Part shown: positions 63,583-64,000 of the stretch, one piece after another | How the letters are laid out: each line of letters begins with the position of its first letter | Position numbering within the stretch: position 1 is the first letter of the stretch | DNA from: Octopus bimaculoides | Lineage: Eukaryota | Reading direction: 5' to 3' | Length of the DNA stretch: 64,000 nucleotides | Assembly (NCBI RefSeq): GCF_001194135.2 | Contig: NC_068983.1 | Coordinates: forward strand, 81,537,621-81,601,620 | Position numbers and translations under genes: made by a program | Notes under the pieces: generated by a model | What the model was told of the DNA's origin: nothing | Database searches by the model: none | What the model saw: the letters and a program-made list of their open reading frames with translations, nothing else

Positions 63583-64000
63583 TATCTTATATACTGCTAT
63601 AACCCTCTATAAACATTTCTTTAGAGCTCTTAAAACACATTTCTCCCTATTATTTCTCTGACTTTTATATCTATCATTAAGATTTCTCACCGATGTCAAT
63701 ATATCTTACAACTTTTAATACTAAATTCAACATTTTTAATCTTAAATTTAATATGATTTTTAATCAATGAATCACTCTTTATTTATTTGTTTCATGTATA
63801 TTTTTACCTCATGTATTTCTTATTTCTATTCTAAATAATATATTGATATGTTCCTTGGCTTACTAATATTTATTGTGTTATATGTATTTATTATGTTGAT
63901 GTAAATCATAACTATAGGATGATTGTCTAAGTTTTGTTTCTTCTTAAACCAAATTATATATTATAAATGCTGATAGGTTACTCTTTTAAATAGAATGTAC

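Overview
AT-rich, microsatellite-saturated animal genomic DNA with seven large N gaps. The repeat families and the 18S variant suggest a coleoid cephalopod, probably Octopus (inference). No complete protein-coding gene can be supported; almost all ORFs in the track are microsatellite or gap artefacts. The window is mostly old transposon debris: two abundant tRNA-type SINE families, many RTE LINE 3' ends, decayed mariner, maT, hAT, Helitron, L1/Tx1, Dong/R4 and CRE pieces, several MITEs with recognisable TSDs, a probable solo LTR, and a stranded 18S rRNA fragment. The most interesting signals are: (i) several type I hammerhead-ribozyme-like motifs, near-canonical at 21118-21162 and 63494-63582, probably Penelope-like or retrozyme-type relics; (ii) a pre-miRNA-like hairpin at 19411-19478; (iii) a palindromic MITE with two outward-facing tRNA-like arms; (iv) an RTE insertion with a 64-bp TSD next to a microhomology-flanked templated insertion; (v) a CpG-retaining domain (about 6.7-35.5 kb) between CpG-depleted flanks, with a promoter/5'UTR-like island near 26-27 kb and weak candidate micro-exons on the minus strand. 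All identifications were made by eye, without database searches.
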